Of a stretch of 64,000 nt of DNA, positions 61,620 to 64,000 are shown piece after piece. The notes beneath the pieces are model-generated. The model worked only from the letters and a program-made list of their open reading frames with translations. It did not search any database and was not told where the DNA came from. Each line of letters opens with the position of its first letter. Position 1 is the first letter of the stretch. A program made the translations under genes and the position numbers. Source of the DNA: Oligoflexia bacterium. Its GTDB lineage: Bacteria > Bdellovibrionota > UBA1018. The DNA is taken from contig CAVWVI010000003.1 of assembly GCA_963758495.1 (NCBI GenBank), positions 1,600,001 through 1,664,000 of the forward strand. Reading direction: 5' to 3'.

Positions 61620-63395
61620 TTGATCAAGATTTTTGGAAATAATTTCCATCGTCGGAGTGGCACAGATCAGCAAGTCAAACTTGCATTCTTTGGCCTCGTT
61701 ATCCTTGGGTTTGTGGTCTTGTACTTTCGTCTTAGCGTTATGGACCCAATTTTGAGTGGCTACGATGACAAAATTCTCGTAAGCCCAATGGAACAAATAA
61801 ATTCGATTTCTGAGTATCTCAACGCAATCAAAGTAGGACGGATTTATGATGTTCAGCCCGTCCGGGACCTGAGTTATTGGGTTGATATTCAAGCTAAACA
61901 GTTCGTTCCCTTTGCTTCGTTTCATTTGACTAACGCCATCATTTGGCTTGCGACTATATTTCTTATTTACCTGATCCTTTTGAGGCTAGGGGTTTCAAAG
62001 TGGTCTATTTACGGTACAACGGCGCTCTATGCATTTCATCCTGTTTTTATAAATTCAGTGGCTTGGATAGCCGCACGAAAGCATCTTCTTTCGACTTTTT
62101 TTATTATTGCAGCCACCTTTCTAGTGGTTGACGCGTGCCAAAGTCACCGAGCGAAGGAACTCAAGCGATCCACCCTAGTGGGGATTTTAGTTTTTTACTT
62201 TCTAGCCTGCTTTTCGCAGCCGATTAACGTTCTTTGGCCAGTGTTTGCCTTGGTGTATCTCGCGGGACATGGCTTTCGTCTTTTGCGTTCAGCTACCGGA
62301 AAAATGCTGTTGTTTTTTTGTGCAGGGATTGGATTTTTTTGCCTCTATTTAAATCTAAAATATTACACTGGTATTTTTGTCGCTCAAAATGGTGGCATTG
62401 GGAAATACGTAAGTCCAGAACACAATGATCTTGGAGTGAGGTTGTTGGCATTAGGCCGATATTTTTTCCAAGTTATTTGCCCGGTTTGGCCGTGCATTTC
62501 AAGTCCGTATCCAGGTAGCATTAAGAACATGATCGGATTGGCGCTACTTCCGATCTTTGTATTTATTTTAAAAAAATACGGTAACCGAGAGTGTTGGTTT
62601 TGGCTTCTCTATTTTACTTTGCCACTCGTCCCGGTTCTCGCAAAAATGACAAATATTTTTATGTCCGGTACTTATTTAATGAATGCGGGACTGGGTGTAT
62701 TTTTTGCGCTGGTTTTTGTTATCGAGAAAAACAAGAGTTTCTTTGCTGAACGTATTCGGGTTGTAATCGTCGCATTCGTATGCTCACTGGTACTGTCGTT
62801 TTTCTTCTATAAATCGGTTGAGCAATCAAGAGCATGGGAATCGAATCTTCAACTTTGGGAAAATGCATATTTAACAGAAGCAACACCGACCAATGCAACA
62901 AAATACGGTCTGTTTCTTTTAGATGCGGGGCAGATCGAACCTGCTTTAAACATTGCGCTTCAAGTTAAGGAGTGGGACCCCGACCAACATGACTTGCCTC
63001 TTTTACTTGCAAAGTCAACCTTCGACTATCCAGGATGGGGCACCGAAAAAAAGATTGCACTATTGGAGCACAATCGGATGAACTCGCCTTGGTTTTTCTA
63101 TTATTTAGCGGGTCTCTATGCATCACATTCTCGATACGATCAAGCCTTCTCAGAAATGCGATCTGCAATGAACGACCCAGATAAAATGGTTTATTACTTT
63201 GCGAAACAACTTGAGGTTATCGCTGCCGAAATCTTCTATTTTTGTACTAGGTCTGGCGTAACTAAGAGTTGCGGTGCTTTAGTCGCTACGATAAAAGAAC
63301 AATCGCAACAACGCCCTTATGTACGGTTTGGCGCTTGGGATGATTCAAAATATATTGCTCGTCTTACCCAACTAGGAGTGAAATGGGAACCTTGA
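61620..63395 (+). CDS. TMTC-like GT-C membrane glycosyltransferase with C-terminal TPR-like region
   Basis: GYDD, QPVRDLSY, FHLTN, FHPVFINSVAWIAARKHLL, WESNLQLW. Confidence 0.8.
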   Translation: MIKIFGNNFHRRSGTDQQVKLAFFGLVILGFVVLYFRLSVMDPILSGYDDKILVSPMEQINSISEYLNAIKVGRIYDVQPVRDLSYWVDIQAKQFVPFASFHLTNAIIWLATIFLIYLILLRLGVSKWSIYGTTALYAFHPVFINSVAWIAARKHLLSTFFIIAATFLVVDACQSHRAKELKRSTLVGILVFYFLACFSQPINVLWPVFALVYLAGHGFRLLRSATGKMLLFFCAGIGFFCLYLNLKYYTGIFVAQNGGIGKYVSPEHNDLGVRLLALGRYFFQVICPVWPCISSPYPGSIKNMIGLALLPIFVFILKKYGNRECWFWLLYFTLPLVPVLAKMTNIFMSGTYLMNAGLGVFFALVFVIEKNKSFFAERIRVVIVAFVCSLVLSFFFYKSVEQSRAWESNLQLWENAYLTEATPTNATKYGLFLLDAGQIEPALNIALQVKEWDPDQHDLPLLLAKSTFDYPGWGTEKKIALLEHNRMNSPWFFYYLAGLYASHSRYDQAFSEMRSAMNDPDKMVYYFAKQLEVIAAEIFYFCTRSGVTKSCGALVATIKEQSQQRPYVRFGAWDDSKYIARLTQLGVKWEP

Positions 63396-63612
63396 CAAGT
63401 CCGACGTTGTCAATTCGAATGAGTCCCGTCGCGGGAGTATCGAACTTTAAATGTCGTGCCGCAGTCTAATGAAAGGCAAGTGGGTTTTTGTCAAGCACCC
63501 ACGACCTTGCTCTTATGAGGAACGAAATTGAGGTTGACTCGACCTTAAAACTCCTTAAAAATATAAATTAAATATAAATATTTAATTTATTTCAAAAAAA
63601 GGAGCTTAACGC

Positions 63613-63738
63613 ATGTCAAAAAAATACCGACTCTGCTTAGTACTCTTTGCCTTGGTGGCTGGACTGGCAGTCGTAGTGCAAGGCTGTGGAAATTCAACCA
63701 CTGCGACAACCCATACGATCTATGGCTCGACTTCCTGA
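63613..63738 (+). CDS. Very small lipoprotein (41 aa), absent from the ORF track
   Basis: SD AAGGAG; MSKKYRLCLVLFALVAGLAVVVQG-CGNSTTATTHTIYGSTS*. Confidence 0.7.
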   Translation: MSKKYRLCLVLFALVAGLAVVVQGCGNSTTATTHTIYGSTS

Positions 63739-63769
63739 TCTTGCAGATTAACTCCTAGAGGACATAAAA

Positions 63770-64000
63770 ATGATAAAAATGAAAAAATCCTTATTGATTG
63801 CTATTTCGGCACTTCTTGTTTCAAGTTCTGCTTTTGCTTATCTTCCAGTCAGTGCAGTTACGACAATGGCTTTGCCTGTTTACGGAATTTATACATCGTC
63901 GGATCCAACTTGTATGACGGGGATGATCGCCACAGTGGCCCTCACGAAAACTTCCCAAACTATCAATTTTGCTTCGAACCCAACCATCGGTTCGGGTGCA
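63770..64000 (+). CDS. Secreted protein, runs off the window end
   Basis: SD GAGGA; MIKMKKSLLIAISALLVSSSAFA-YLPVSAVTTMALPVYGIYTSSDPTC... Confidence 0.75.
   Translation, partial: MIKMKKSLLIAISALLVSSSAFAYLPVSAVTTMALPVYGIYTSSDPTCMTGMIATVALTKTSQTINFASNPTIGSGA

Noticed and set aside
63392..63510. Possible c-di-GMP riboswitch (several hairpins, GCCGCAGTCTAA)
   Set aside because: The GCAAA and GNRA-tetraloop core of class I is not found; an Infernal/Rfam scan would settle it.

Overview
AT-rich (visually about 40% GC), gene-dense bacterial chromosome segment. PilZ, GYF_2 and MXAN_5187-like proteins plus sigma54- and sigma28-type promoter motifs suggest a Bdellovibrionota/deltaproteobacterial-type organism (inference). 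Most of the window is housekeeping: ppa, sdhCAB, glpK, radA, ligA, hutG, menH-like, an Emr/TolC efflux pump with its TetR regulator, gapN, a DEAD-box helicase, an M3 peptidase, tex, egtBD, a Uup-like ABC-F, adenine deaminase, and three tRNAs (Arg-ACG, Ser-CGA, Ser-GCT). The main highlight is a ~4.6 kb degraded integrative island in tRNA-Ser(CGA). It has a 62-bp att duplication, GGGACACTT repeats and a tyrosine-integrase C-terminal remnant. It carries a toxin-antitoxin pair and an apparently Sec-exported two-gene polymorphic toxin module: a Gly-rich hairpin partner plus a PT-TG toxin. These are followed by a candidate immunity gene and two degraded orphan toxin-tip/immunity cassettes. Other notable items: a stand-alone mini-protein resembling the FliG-binding tail of FliF next to PilZ genes, two +1 frame breaks at stop codons, tandem non-canonical QueD/PTPS paralogues, an interrupted inverted tRNA copy after tRNA-Ser(GCT), and a 41-aa lipopeptide gene beside a TMTC-like glycosyltransferase. 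All family calls come from motif recognition by eye; no database searches were run.
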